A DNA stretch of 64,000 nt from Macrostomum lignano (taxonomy: Eukaryota). The notes beneath the pieces were generated by a model. The model was given only the letters and a program-made list of their open reading frames with translations, was not told where the DNA came from and ran no database searches. The stretch spans positions 45,790 to 109,789 of the forward strand of contig NIVC01003229.1 in NCBI GenBank assembly GCA_002269645.1. The letters are read 5' to 3'. The translations under genes and the position numbers were made by a program. Positions within the stretch are counted from its first letter, which is position 1. Each line of letters starts with the position of its first letter. Positions 1 through 12,297 of this stretch are shown piece after piece.

Positions 1-27
1 TCCGATTTCAAGTACACTTTTGACAGT

Positions 28-300
28 TCAGTCCAGCCACCCTGACATCCGTTTATAGACCTCTGACATCCAGTCCAGCCACCCTGACATCCGTTTATAG
101 ACCTCTGACATCCAGTCCAGCCACCCTGACATCCGTTTATAGACCTCTGACATCCAGTCCAGCCACCCTGACATCCGTTCATAGACCTCTGACATCCAGT
201 CCAGCCACCCTGACATCCGTTCATAGATCTCTGACATCCAGTCCAGCCACCCTGACATCCGTTCATAGACCTCTGACATCCAGTCCAGCCAATCCTAGCA
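28..300. repeat. 42-bp tandem repeat (~6.5 copies; unit is a dimer of ~21-bp GACATCC subunits)
   Basis: GACATCCAGTCCAGCCACCCTGACATCCGTTTATAGACCTCT recurs at 65, 107, 149, 191, 233; degenerate copies continue to ~490. Confidence 0.95.
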
Positions 301-1060
301 TCCATCCATAGACCTCTGACATCCCGTCTAGCCACCCTGACGTTCGTGCTTGCATATCTGACACCCAATCTAGCCATTCTGACATAAGTTGTTAGACCAA
401 TGAAATCGATTCTTGCACATCTGACATTCAAGCTAGCAATTCAGGTATCCGCCCAGACAACTCTGATATCTAATCTAGCAACCCTGATATTGAAGCACAC
501 AACTCTTAGCCCAAGTCCTGAACCAACTGTATGAACAAAATCAGATTGTAGTTGATGCGGCTGCTGATTATAGATTTAAGCTCAGCAGCCGGAGAGCACA
601 GACTAGAAGTGGGCTATCCCTTTGCGCGTGGCGAGTTGCCTAGCGCATGGAACTGCATAGTCTATCTACTCAACAAAAAACACCCAATTGCGCAGCTTTA
701 TCTTTCTCTTAGAGTCGCCTGATAAGAGACTGTTTCATACTATATAGATCAGTCCCACACACACGTACGGACGAGTATAGTGGAATAGCTTTTCAGGTGT
801 TTGCCTCATTTTAATGTTACATATATGTATTATTTCCTTATTTGAACAGTTGGAAAAATGACTGGCTATCTGAAGTCCGCTCGGTGATAGGCAAAGCGCA
901 CGAATGGCAAACGAGGCGTCACACATACGGTCGAGTGACGTAGTAATTTATGACCGCGATCGATACTAGAAAATTAAATTCTTGGATATCCGCATCTATT
1001 TTTGGTTCATTTTAGTTAAAAAATACATTCGAAAACCACGAAGGTTTATTCTTCAACCTT

Positions 1061-2245
1061 TGTCTCTCACCCCTTCTTCTCTCACCCCTTCTTCTCTCAC
1101 CCCTTCTTCTCTCACCCCTTAATCTCTCACACTTCCATCTTTCAACCCTTAATCTCTCACACTTCCATCTCTCACCCCTTCATCTCTCACCCCTTAATCT
1201 CTCACACTTCCATCTCTCACCCCTTCATCTCTCACCCCTTCATCTCTCACACTTCCATCTCTCATCCCTTCATCTCTCACACTTCCATCTCTCACCCCTT
1301 AATCTCTCACTCAATAATCTCTCACACCTCCATCTCTCCCCCCTTAATCTCTCACACTTCCATCTCTCACCCTTTAATCTCTTACGCTTCTAAATCTCAC
1401 CGCTTTATCTCTCACCCCTTCATCTCTCACACTTCCAAATCTCACCCCTTAATCTCTCATCCATTAATATCTCACACTTCCACGTTTCACCCCTTCATCT
1501 CTCACACTTCCATCTCTCATCCCTTCATCTCTCACACTTCCATCTCTCACCCCTTTATCTCTCACTCAATAATCTCTCACACCTCCATCTCTCCCCCCTT
1601 AATCTCTCACACTTCCATCTCTCACCCTTTAATCTCTTACGCTTCTAAATCTCACCGCTTTATCTCTCACCCCTTCATCTCTCACACTTCCAAATCTCAC
1701 CCCTTAATCTCTCATCCATTAATATCTCACACTTCCATCTTTCACCCCTTCATCTCTCACACTTCCAAATCTCACCCCTTTATCTCTCACCCCTTCATCT
1801 TTCACACTTCCATCTCTCACCCTTTATCTCTCTTCCCTTCATCTCTCACACTTCTAAATCTCACCCCTTTATCTCACCCATTCATCTCTCACACTTCCAA
1901 ATCTCTCACCCCTTTATCTCTTACCCCTTCATCTTTCACACTTCCATCTCTCACCCTTCATTTTTCACCCTTTAATCTCTCACACCCCTTAATCTCTCAC
2001 CCCTTAATCTCTCACACTTCCATCTCTCACCCCCTTAACGTCTCACCCCTTAATCTCTCATCCATTAATATCTCACACTTCCATCTCTCACCCTTCATCT
2101 CTCACCCCTTAATCTTACACCCCTTCCTATCTCACCCCTTTATCTCTCACCCCTTCATCTCCCACCCCTTCATCTCCCACCCCTTTATCTCTCACGCTTC
2201 CATCTCTCACCCTTTTATCTCTCACCCTTCATCTCTCCCCCCTTC
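1061..2245. repeat. CT-rich 15-16-bp minisatellite
   Basis: ATCTCTCACCCCTTC / ATCTCTCACACTTCC variants throughout; a ~255-bp higher-order duplication (1261.. vs 1516..). Confidence 0.95.
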
Positions 2246-2494
2246 TCTTATTTTCTAAAACTTCATTTCTCATTCTATACTCTAAACAATGAACAATCCG
2301 ACACACATTGAAATAATTTCAATTATGATAGTTTCTGTGTCTGCACTAAGTTTATCTGAAACCATGCAATCAATGGCAAATTGATGTATTGATAAATCAC
2401 GTGCTAAAAATAGTTAATTTTGAGTAGCCATACTACAGAATTGGGTATACTTGTAACAGGAAGCAAAATGAGAATAAACTGAATGAAAACTCAC

Positions 2495-2830
2495 TTGTGT
2501 CATTGTCCCACTGAGCCTCATCAACAGAGTAACGATGCGCTGCCATTTCGGATTCCCCTAAAGTTTGTTAGAAGCTTTTATTAGAATCTTATATCTGAAA
2601 TTTATCATAATTTTGATATTCGACACAGAAAGAGTTCTCTCATCTACAAAAAAATCGAATTTGTGAGCATACTCACGCCAGTCTCCAGAGAGCGGAGAAA
2701 ACCAAGGCAAAAATCTTCTGGAATTCACTTCCTCTGCAGCGGGAAACCAGTTCTGTCCAGAGTCTTCTAGTCTTTAGGGGCGTTTGCTCAATCAACAATG
2801 CCCGACGGCAGAGAGAGAGAGAGACTTGGC
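2495..2830 (-). CDS. Putative 5' exons of a host gene running off to the left (5'UTR exon plus first coding exon MAAHRYSVDEAQWDNDT)
   Basis: Donor GC|GTGAGT at 2677/2676; acceptor TTTAG| at 2558/2557; ATG 2546; donor A|GTGAGT at 2495/2494. Downstream exons not identified. Confidence 0.45.
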
Positions 2831-3094
2831 ACTAAAATAGAGTTGAGTTGCGGTCGCCCCCGACACGCTGCCCAAGGGCTGCGGCCAATCCTGGGCGAGC
2901 TCAGGGTCTCCTGTGCACACTCAGCGCTTAGTAAGTTTTATTATTAAACATGGAGGTCAGGCGGTTTTCAGTTTCATAAATAACTACAGCTGGCCGCTCT
3001 GTTGTCCAATTAAACCTCGCTGTTAAATCTGGCAAGCCATGACTCAATGTAAAAAAAATTATTTTTCAACTCGACTCAACTGTGAAAATAACAA

Positions 3095-3350
3095 CAGGGC
3101 TGTGGACGCCCTAGTTCACCGTCCCACAACTGCAGCGCTGAGGCGATTCTGCCCACTCCGCTCACTCGTGAGCACATACAAGCGCGCCAGTACTGTACGC
3201 AGACACGCACTCACACACACGCTCACACAGGGTGTAACACCGACAAAAATGACTTTTCAATCGTCAGTAATGTACACCTTGGGCGCCTTAGGCAGCGCAA
3301 GAGATTGAACCAGCTGGGTCGCGTTCGACGCTGAGCTGCTCTGGAAATTG
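3095..3350 (-). mobile_element. Diverged copy of the tRNA-headed SINE family seen at 29196-29555
   Basis: Shares CATACAAGCGCGC, CACTCACACA, ATGTACAC and CTGGGTCGCG blocks with the reverse complement of the 29.2-kb SINE. Confidence 0.55.
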
Positions 3351-3773
3351 CGCAGTTAGAAATCCAGAGCTTGAAATTATTCAAAAATTAATTTATCGAA
3401 TAGGGCCCAAGTTCAGTCCAGGAATTCTTTAATTCATCAAAATATTCCCTTACTAATAAAAGAAGGAACACAGTCATTGCTTTCAGCCAATGAGTTTATT
3501 TCAAATTTTGTTTGATTACATTGCAATTTGAAATAAAATGTTTTTTTCAAGAGGCTTAAATATTTTTTTTTCAAAAACATTTTCTTGTTTTACTGTGTTA
3601 TGAAAAGTAGATTCAAAATAGCATTGAATGGAATTTATCCAACTGTATTAAAGAATGCGGCAAGAGTTTCTTGTAACTCACTTGAAATATTAGAACCGAT
3701 TGAAAATTAGCCAGCCAATTTTTGTAAACTCGATATTTTTTCAAAATTTTCAAGAAAAGAGTCAGAAAGCACC

Positions 3774-6383
3774 ATGTGGGCACACAAACTGCTCTTATTA
3801 GCTTTGATTCCAATTTTTGGCAGCTTCGAAGCTGACGCCGCACTCACAAGGCCGGACTGTAAGGATTAATCATTTTTTTCTGGCTGCATTCTTTGTTCGA
3901 TGCAACTTCTGCTTAAAATAGCTAAAATTAATGTCGAGATGTCATGAGCTCAATGCTAGTTGCTGGGAGTCAGGAGCTCAATGCTAGTTGCTGGGAGTCA
4001 GGAGCTCAATGCTAGTTGCTGGGAGTCAGGAGCTCAATGCTAGTTGCTGGGAGTCAGGAGCTCAATGCTAGTTGCTGGGAGTCAGGAGCTCAATGCTAGT
4101 TGCTGGGAGTCAGGAGCTCAATGCTAGTTGCTGGGAGTCAGGAGCTCAATGCTAGTTGCTGGGAATCAGGAGCTCAATGCTAGTTGCTGGGAGTCAGGAG
4201 CTCAATGGTAGTTGCTGGGATTCAGGAGCTCAATGGTAGTTGCTGGGATTCAGGAGCTCAATGGTAGTTGCTGGGATTCAGGAGCTCAATGCTAGTTGCT
4301 GGGAGTCAGGAGCTCAATGCTAGTTGCTGGGAGTCAGGAGCTCAATGGTAGTTGCTGGGATTCAGGAGCTCAATGGTAGTTGCTGGGAGTCAGGAGCTCA
4401 ATGCTAGTTGCTGGGAGTCAGGAGCTCAATGCTAGTTGCTGGGAGTCAGGAGCTCAATGGTAGTTGCTGGGATTCAGGAGCTCAATGCTAGTTGCTGGGA
4501 ATCAGGAGCTCAATGCTAGTTGCTGGGAGTCAGGAGCTCAATGCTAGTTGCTGGGAGTCAGGAGCTCAATGGTAGTTGCTGGGATTCAGGAGCTCAATGG
4601 TAGTTGCTGGGATTCAGGAGCTCAATGGTAGTTGCTGGGAGTCAGGAGCTCAATGGTAGTTGCTGGGATTCAGGAGCTCAATGGTAGTTGCTGGGATTCA
4701 GGAGCTCAATGCTAGTTGCTGGGAATCAGGAGCTCAATGCTAGTTGCTGGGAGTCAGGAGCTCAATGCTAGTTGCTGGGAGTCAGGAGCTCAATGGTAGT
4801 TGCTGGGATTCAGGAGCTCAATGGTAGTTGCTGGGATTCAGGAGCTCAATGGTAGTTGCTGGGATTCAGGAGCTCAATGGTAGTTGCTGGGATTCAGGAG
4901 CTCAATGGTAGTTGCTGGGATTCAGGAGCTCAATGGTAGTTGCTGGGATTCAGGAGCTCAATGCTAGTTGCTGGGAATCAGGAGCTCAATGCTAGTTGCT
5001 GGGAGTCAGGAGCTCAATGCTAGTTGCTGGGAGTCAGGAGCTCAATGGTAGTTGCTGGGATTCAGGAGCTCAATGGTAGTTGCTGGGATTCAGGAGCTCA
5101 ATGCTAGTTGCTGGGAATCAGGAGCTCAATGCTAGTTGCTGGGAGTCAGGAGCTCAATGCTAGTTGCTGGGAGTCAGGAGCTCAATGGTAGTTGCTGGGA
5201 TTCAGGAGCTCAATGGTAGTTGCTGGGATTCAGGAGCTCAATGGTAGTTGCTGGGAGTCAGGAGCTCAATGGTAGTTGCTGAGATTCAGGAGCTCATATC
5301 AGCTAAGTGGTATTGGATGAATGAGTCCAATTTATTATAACAGTGTTAAAAGTCATTCAAAGCATTTGCTGGCTGAACTTGCTACCCAAACAGGGAATTA
5401 CATCGGCTGCTTCCGGAATACGGCGGTGGACTTTGCAAAGGTTCAGCCCAGCTCCGCTGTGAAGATGACTCGAGAAGTCTGCCGAAGTGAATGCATTCGG
5501 CGAGGCAAAACATTTTTCGGTCTTAGCGGCGGCGCTGAGTGCAGCTGTAGCGACCTGTTCCAGAAGAAAGACGAGAAGGATGCTTGGTTCTGCAAGCTGC
5601 GCTGCGAAGGCGACAGCTCACAGACTTGCGGCGGGCCTGATTTTACAGACGTTTTTCAGGCATATAATCTGCTCGTGCCGAAAATGCCAGGTGAGTGGGG
5701 CAATTTTCGAATCTGTAATGGATGAAAACTTTTTTTTCAGTAGGCCGTTGTCCTATTGAATAGAATAATCCGACACATTTTTTGGCTTTGGATTTTTAAA
5801 GAATTTTTAGCACTAAATTTCCAATTTTTCGCTTTCTGGACTTACATATCGAAAAATCAAGCAAGTGTGTGTTTTTTATAATACCGCTGTGGACTCTGTG
5901 TGAGCGTGTGCATGAGTGTGTTCCTTAATTTTGCTGCAATTACTATTAGCCTGATTGTTGTTTTAGGATTATTCAATATCAAGGTCACTCATATGTCTCA
6001 ATTGCATTCCGAATCAATTTAACTAACTTCTATAGGCGATATCTACCTAATCCAATTCCAATGACCTTTTTTCGACCTTGACGATCCAATTTGTAGCACA
6101 AAGAATCGGTTGCTTTCCGAAAGACGGCTACGGTTCATTCAGACTGACTCAGAGAGCCAAAAATAGATTCATGACTCATGAATATTGCGCCAATGTCTGT
6201 CTTCAGACAAAAAGCAAATACTTCGGCTTGTCTGACACTGACACCTGCTCTTGTGCACGCTCCAATACTACGGAAGTCTACGAAAGTACCGACTGCGGCT
6301 GGCGTTGCAGGGGCAACTATGCCGAAGACTGCGGCGCTGACAGCAGCGTGGCGGTGTTTAAGCTGGAGGAAATGTATGTCTAG
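3774..6383 (+). CDS. Secreted protein with two WSC carbohydrate-binding domains (WSC-1); exons 3774-3858, 5394-5690, 6097-6383
   Basis: Signal-peptide-like MWAHKLLLLALIPIFGSFEADA; all introns GT-AG, phase 1, joining in frame (T|GG=W-NYIGC; G|CA); two WSC patterns (YIGCF..C..C..FFGL....C.C...C...C.G...TCGG). Confidence 0.88.
3946..5297. repeat. 28-bp satellite (~48 copies) filling WSC-1 intron 1
   Basis: GAGCTCAATG(C/G)TAGTTGCTGGGA(G/T/A)TCAG. Confidence 0.97.
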
Positions 6384-6711
6384 CTGCATTGGCTAGAAGC
6401 TTTGTAAGACGCAAAAACGACAACTAACTGTCTCAGCTGCTCTGTTAAGGTCTTTTAAGGTCTAAAATTAAATATATATAATCAACTAAATTTCAAGCCA
6501 ATTCCGAACTAAGTCTTCAATGAAATTGTGTTTGCTTATTATTAATTTTGCTATCCACTGATCCAGATCCTAAGACAAATGCAGGACCGTCCGAATTTTA
6601 TTACCGACATAAGAATAGTTTATGAATTCAAGATACTGTATGGCTTAACTTGAAATTAAATAATCCAAGTCAACTCCAATCTTTGCACAAGTATGGGGTC
6701 AATTTATACTT

Positions 6712-6847
6712 GGCAACACTGAAAATCGCCACCCCTGACGCAATGTGCCTGGGTGAGAGTTGGAAAACCTTGCGTCATTGCAGTGTAGTGAACTGAATTA
6801 AGTCAATCGCTCTGTCTAACACCCTAGAGTGGCGGTTTTCAATGCCA
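6712..6847. mobile_element. Possible small MITE
   Basis: Imperfect TIRs GGCAACACTGAAAATCGCCAC ... GTGGCGGTTTTCAATGCC; inner hairpin TGACGCAA/TTGCGTCA; no TSD established. Confidence 0.35.
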
Positions 6848-6999
6848 TTGAGTGTATGTGTATACAGTATATCACGAACTTCTCTTAAACAAATGCTTAA
6901 ATAAATGCTTAATCCACATGGCTCTAGAAAACATGCGAGTTTAAATACACGAGTACATGTGTCGACGTGCCATCGGGGAAGCGCAAATTTGCCAGCAGA

Positions 7000-7200
7000 C
7001 GCTAATCATTGTCTCTATTGACTTTCGAAAAGCGTTCGATTCGGTGTTGAAAGCTACGCTCCCCGTCTCCCGATAGTCCAAAGGCAGAGCAGCTGGTGGT
7101 AAACGCATCTGATTCTCGTACCGCGGACCAAGGTTCGATTCGGTACTCGGCCACATTAATTTGAGGCTTGTGCACAAAAAATTGGTCTGGGAGTTGTGCG
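7000..7200 (+). mobile_element. Short non-LTR RT fragment
   Basis: Translates IIVSIDFRKAFDSV (RT DxxKAFD motif). Confidence 0.55.
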
Positions 7201-7473
7201 ATTCACGGGCATGAGGGCCGACGGTCAAGGCGCAGAGAGTTGATATTTTTGACGATTAGAAAGACTAGGCCCTTGTACATCTTGTGTGATCGTGTGTATG
7301 AGTGAGTGCCCGCTAGCTTAACTTTACTGAGCTGCAGGGTGGTCCGTAGACACTGCTTGGAAGCGAGGGTCGCCCATTCCGCTGGCCCACGAAGACTGGC
7401 AGAGGCTTGGGGCCGGTCAGGGTCGTCCGCCAGTCCGTCCTGCAGCGTGACATTCCGTAGGGAAGAACTTGGC

Positions 7474-8400
7474 TCATCTTGTCGCCCGGAGGAACTTTCT
7501 GAGCCGTGGGATGCTGTCGAGCTGGCAGACCTTGTCAATAGAAAGGCTCGGCCCGAGGTAGCGTAGCCGGTCTCTGTTGAAGAAAGGGCACTGACAGACA
7601 AAGTGCTGAGCATCTTCGTTGTCGTATTCGAAAATAGAACAAAGTTTGCTCTCGAGATCGCCTTGGAGAAAAAAGTGACTGGCTAGATAGCCATGCCCGG
7701 TAAAGGTCATGACAAGGGCTCGAATATTGGTTGAGAAGGACATTCCTGGGCCTTCGAGAGGGGGGCACAAAACCGCGGCACAAAAGCGTGGGACGTGATA
7801 GGTGGGGTGCTTGCCTATCTGTCCCAGTGAACGGAATCAGCCCAGTCGTCCATCTGACGATTAGGATTAGAAAGGATTAGGGACCAGGGGCTCAGGGCCG
7901 CCTACGAAGGAGCCAGAGCCGCTCGTTTTGGTGAGGTTGTCTTCCGAGGTTGAAACCCTGCCTGCCCTGGAATCCACTTCAGTCGGACAGTATTGCTACT
8001 GGCCGGGAGGTTAAGCTGCTGGGTGCAGTCAGTGACTGTCTTAGTGGTGTGGCAAAGGGCCTGTAAGGCCACTTGGCTGTCAGAGTCGATGACGATATTC
8101 TCTCCTCTTGTACCCTCGGCATTCAGCTCTGTAGCACAGGAGCTGACAGCAAGGACTTTGTTCTGGAAGACCGTGGAGAGTCTGCCAGTGTGCTGTCATG
8201 CGTGGCAATGACGCGGCCGTTGATGATGATACAAACCCCAAAGCCAGCGTAGTGTCTTTGATGGATTCGTCCGTGTACTCGTAACAGTGGACCTCCTGAA
8301 AATTCCAGTGGTCAGTGACAGCATCCCTTGAGGGGATGGTGACCTTGTAGCGCTGAAAGAGGTTAAAAGTGCTTAGCACACTGTCAAATAAGACGTGGAA
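7474..8400 (-). mobile_element. 3' part of an RNase H-bearing LINE (Loa/R1/I group), degraded
   Basis: YTD(E)S, IVIDSDSQVALQAL and LKWIPG RNase H motifs, followed by TGHGYLASH...EDAQHFVCQCP C-terminal Cys/His region. Confidence 0.8.
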
Positions 8401-8449
8401 CCCGCCGCCATTCTCAAGTATTTGAGGCAGAGGTCGGCGTGAGGAAGGA

Positions 8450-9420
8450 GCTTGCGCTTAGCCATGGCCCTATCAGACAGTAGTAGCGGCAGCAAAAGTT
8501 ATTGAGCTCAGACTGCGAAGCAAACACATGCGCGAGGCGGCATCAGCAAAAATCTGCATGCGACCAGGAAGGTGAAGGCCTCCAAACTGATGATGTTCCT
8601 GATGCAAAGCAGAGCCACAGTCTGGTTTAAGCAGCGTTGAAGGCCTGCGATTCCTCCAACACCTGTAGGAACCGCGGGTCACAACAGCTCAGCCAGCCGA
8701 TTGGTCATGCCAGCCGCTGCGGTGCTGTCGCTGTAAATGACAATCTTGCAGGTTGTTGAGCTGAAAGCGACGGTGCAGGATAATCAGCAAAGGTGCCAGA
8801 GCCTCCTTGAAATTGATATGAACATCCTTGAACACACCACCACAGTCCAGGTCCCAGTCGATGATACTTTAGAAACTCTCGGCACCCCAGATGACAGCGG
8901 CTATGCCTGCCCGGCTGTTGTCAGTCTCCATGGCAAACTCCTCATCGAAGCGCGCGGCCACAAAGCAACCGGGGAGCCAAGCCAGGAATCTGAGTCACCA
9001 AGAAAGGTTGGCGCGGGTCTCATCGGTCATCCAAAGCTTGCACTCAACAGCTGTCAGCCAGTCGAAGAGCGGGCGCAGGAAGACTCTGACATGAGGAACA
9101 ATCTGACAGAACCAGCCAAGGTTGCCAATAAACTTCTGAGCAGAGCGCAGGTGCACCCAAGTCTCCAAGCAGGTCTGCCAGCTGCTGGTCAGTGCAGTAC
9201 TTGGTGTGCTTCTGCTGGTCGTAGCAGTCGTTGACAGACTGGCCGGTCGGATAGGACAGGTCATAAATCAAGCGGACCCTCCCGTCGGACTTGGGAACGG
9301 CGCCGATTGGGATGGCTTTGATTGGGCCGCTCCACCGAATGTATCGAATGCACCGATAACGCGTTGCATCAGAAAGTCGCGGTCTGGGTCATCGCTGAGC
9401 AGAGCACTCCAGGCGTCGGG
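8450..9420 (-). mobile_element. DIRS/Ngaro-like (tyrosine-recombinase retrotransposon) RT-RNase H remnant
   Basis: IYDLSYPTGQSVND (DIRS-type RT), RANLSW*LRFL, HINFKEALA and HLPGRMQIFADAASR (RNase H end). Confidence 0.7.
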
Positions 9421-9576
9421 TTGCAGGTCAGACGAGATGAGCAGCGAAGAAATAAAATGGGCTTTATTTTATCTTTAAGAAGTAAAGTAAGACGTAGAAT
9501 TTCTTAGCTGTCAAGGCCCATGGCAATGGGGCGTGAACTGCTGAGTTGTCGAGGCTGATGGGGTTATATCCAAAAT

Positions 9577-9930
9577 GGGGTTGGGGTTGCGGTCAGGGTT
9601 GGGGTTGCGGTCGGGGTTGGGGTTGCTGTCGGGGTTGGGGTTGCGGTCGGGGTTGGGGTTGCAGTCAGGGTTGGGGTTGCGGTCGGGGTTGGGGTTGCGG
9701 TCGGGGTTGGGGTTGCGGTCAGGGTTGGGGTTGCTGTCGGGGTTGGGGTTGCGGTCGGGGTTGGGGTTGCAGTCAGGGTTGGGGTTGCGGTCGGGGTTGA
9801 GGTTGCGGTCAGGGTTGGGGTTGCGGTCAAGGTTGGGGTTGCGGTCGGGGTTGGGGTTGCGGTCAGGGTTGGGGTTGCGGTCGGCGTTGGGGTTGCGGTC
9901 AGGGTTGGGGTTGCGGTCAAGGTTGGGGTT
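9577..9930. repeat. 18-bp G-rich tandem repeat (~19 copies)
   Basis: GGGGTTGGGGTTGCGGTC units; source of the spurious NPNPDR/TATPTP/GLGLRS ORFs. Confidence 0.95.
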
Positions 9931-10354
9931 AAAGCATAAAAGAATCCGCAAAGGAACAAAGAAATTTGGCGTCATTCTAAAGCGGCATGTTTCTTATTTC
10001 TAATAAATTAATTTCCCAAGCCATGGGAGAAGTGGGGTTGCTACAGATGAAGGCTGCCTTGAAGGTTTATGATGAAATGACCGAAATTCACGCGATAAAA
10101 GTTTTTTTTTTAGAAAAAAGAAACGTACCACTTTAAAAAGTTATAGACGTTCTGTTTGCAGCCGTTTCCAATCCTGCTCGCAATAAATTTTTAACTTTCA
10201 GAATTTTCCGGATACTCCTCGTATGAGAAAATACTGAAGTTACTTACTAGCTATATGAGCGGGTATAATTTCAAGCATAATTTGGGAAATTTTTGTATAT
10301 AAAACAAAGCCAATGTCTGGCACTCCTTGTGGTTATTACGATGTTTAAGCCTAA

Positions 10355-10648
10355 GGAGGTTGAAACCCAGTGGTCAGAGCGTCGGACTCGCGACTTGAAG
10401 GTCGGGGGTTCGATTTCCAATCCCAACTGGAACACTTTGTGTCCTTCAGCAAGACACTTAATTCTGCATTGCTTCAGTTCACCCAGCTGTAAAATGGGTG
10501 CCAGCATTAGCTGGGGTAATTGAGGGTGTGCGTGGCGACCCCCCAGTCCTTGGACAGCCTTACGCAGCCTTCAGATGCGCAGCGCAAAAGCCCAGCTGAG
10601 CTGTCGGTTGCACATCTGGCCCAATTAGGCGGCAGGTGTTATTATTAG
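10355..10648 (+). mobile_element. tRNA-derived SINE with CORE/V/Meta-like central domain
   Basis: A-box-like TGGTCAGAGC (10371), B-box GGTTCGATTTCC (10407), then TGTGTCCTTCAGCAAGACACTTAA...CAGCTGTAAAATGGGT and a TTATTATT tail. Confidence 0.75.
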
Positions 10649-10925
10649 TGGTTCCGTTTTTTGTCTGTTTATTTGATGACTAAGTGCCCTTAACTAGTCG
10701 TATGAATTGAATTCATATAGCTCTGAGGTGATTATGTCAAAAAAATTACAAAATAAGTCAACACGGAGTGTAACTCAATTGCATAATTTTTTTATGCAGA
10801 TCTTAAATATTTTAGATTGTACTCAGCACTGTTTGTAGCGCTTGAACATTTCTATTTTGCTGTTAGACATGGTGTTAAAATTTCTGTCAAATTCGAATTA
10901 TTTAGTAGCTACTCAGGGCTCAGGT

Positions 10926-12297
10926 CTATATCTCTTCAGTAAGCAACTCGAATATTTCCATTGCGATTGAACCGCCACACTTTTGTCCAAAATGGTAATT
11001 CTTGCATTGGGCATTGCAATATTTCTTCTTGTCTAATGGCGCTTTGTTTAGTATTTCATCGCCACAGAAGCATAGGTCCCCATTTGCTAGACCAAAATAT
11101 TTGTATGAATATTTCAAGCAGCTTTCAGCACACGTTTTTTGGCTCATCAGTTTGAAAGTTTCTTCAACTTTGTAATGTAGTATTACTTCATCTTTTCTCC
11201 AGTAAAAACATCCCAATGATGGCGCTTAAAGGACCACAAAAGTGTGACTCTGTATATTTTCGACAGCTAAAGCAAACGGCTACGGTTTGTAGAAATGGCT
11301 ATCCGCTTACCTGGCAGTACTGGAACCACAGTATTTTGCATTTTGTAGACGCTCAAAAATGTTTGCCACCACAAGATTTTGCGGCGTCTCCCGGACACCT
11401 AAGATCGCAAAAAAAATCACCATCAGATTTGATCTGATTTGGTTTCCGCAGTAACAACTTTCTTTTTGTATTCCAAAATATTTTTTACTATTTTTTTCAC
11501 ATTCCGATGCGCATAGAAACGGCCTCATGCTGGAGTCTTTAGCGACGAATCGATCTAAAGCTTGCCCATGCTTAGAATGGAATAACAACCCTTATAGTAT
11601 TCTTCTGAAATGGGTTGGTAACGAGTTCAATTTTGATTGTTAGAAAACGTACCGGCAGGTTTAGAGATTTAATAGACACTTACTTTTCAGATCTGAAATT
11701 AAGATGGGAGCTCTGTAATTGTTTGTAAAATCTATATATTTAAAATACCGGTGCTCCGAAGTAAAACACAAAGTCAAAATAAAAATCAGACGCGTAGTCA
11801 GAATTTTTTCACGGGGGATACAACTGGTGAGACTACCGATTATTAGTACTGCTTAAGGTAACTTTCATTAAAATTAAGATGTATGAGTACTACAATATAA
11901 TACAGGGTGGCCCACGCAACGCGCCAATTTTGTCAACATTTTTGCGAATGACACAAGTTATTAACGTTTTACTTTGAATCGCGCGTTACGTGGGCCACCC
12001 TGTATAATATACAATATATAATAACTGCAAAGCTAATGCTAAAATAATTGATAAAAAACTTAACTTTGCAAAATTACCTTCACTTAGTAGCTAATCTAGC
12101 AAATAAATACCCATTTTGCATTGGAATGACGAGTAGACACTTACCGTAGTGGCCTGAAAATTAAAGGCAGAGCCAGTTTAATTCTAATGCATAGCTTCAT
12201 AAAATAAAATCCATACTAGTCTAGATAAAAGAGACTTACCTCCGAAGACGCTTGAACTCGCAGCAAAAAGGATCAGAGCAAGAGTTGAGAACTGCAT
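10926..12297 (-). CDS. Secreted double-WSC protein (WSC-2); exons 12297-12240, 12153-12145, 11692-11684, 11604-11311, 11224-10926; three -1 frameshifts in the first WSC exon
   Basis: Signal peptide MQFSTLALILFAASSSVFG; GT-AG phase-1 introns; WSC cysteine patterns; exon is 294 bp versus 297 bp in the paralogs, explained by 3 single-base losses. Confidence 0.82.
11903..12002. mobile_element. 100-bp Tc1/mariner-type MITE in a WSC-2 intron
   Basis: TIR CAGGGTGGCCCACG / CGTGGGCCACCCTG with TA on both flanks. Confidence 0.8.

Noticed and set aside
28-279. 83-aa repetitive ORF (MSEVYERMSGWLDW)n
   Set aside because: Translation of the 42-bp tandem repeat; no coding evidence.
735-926. ORF with a WD40-like stretch (AIRALCLSPSGLQIAS)
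   Set aside because: The nearest acceptor gives a stop in the expected phase; similarity is too short.
3946-5297. CRISPR-like array
   Set aside because: Units are contiguous with no unique spacers, in a eukaryotic intron; it is a satellite. The same applies to 17067-17190 and 23114-23744.
9511-10003. NPNPDR / TATPTP / GLGLRS ORFs
   Set aside because: Multi-frame read-through of the 18-bp repeat.
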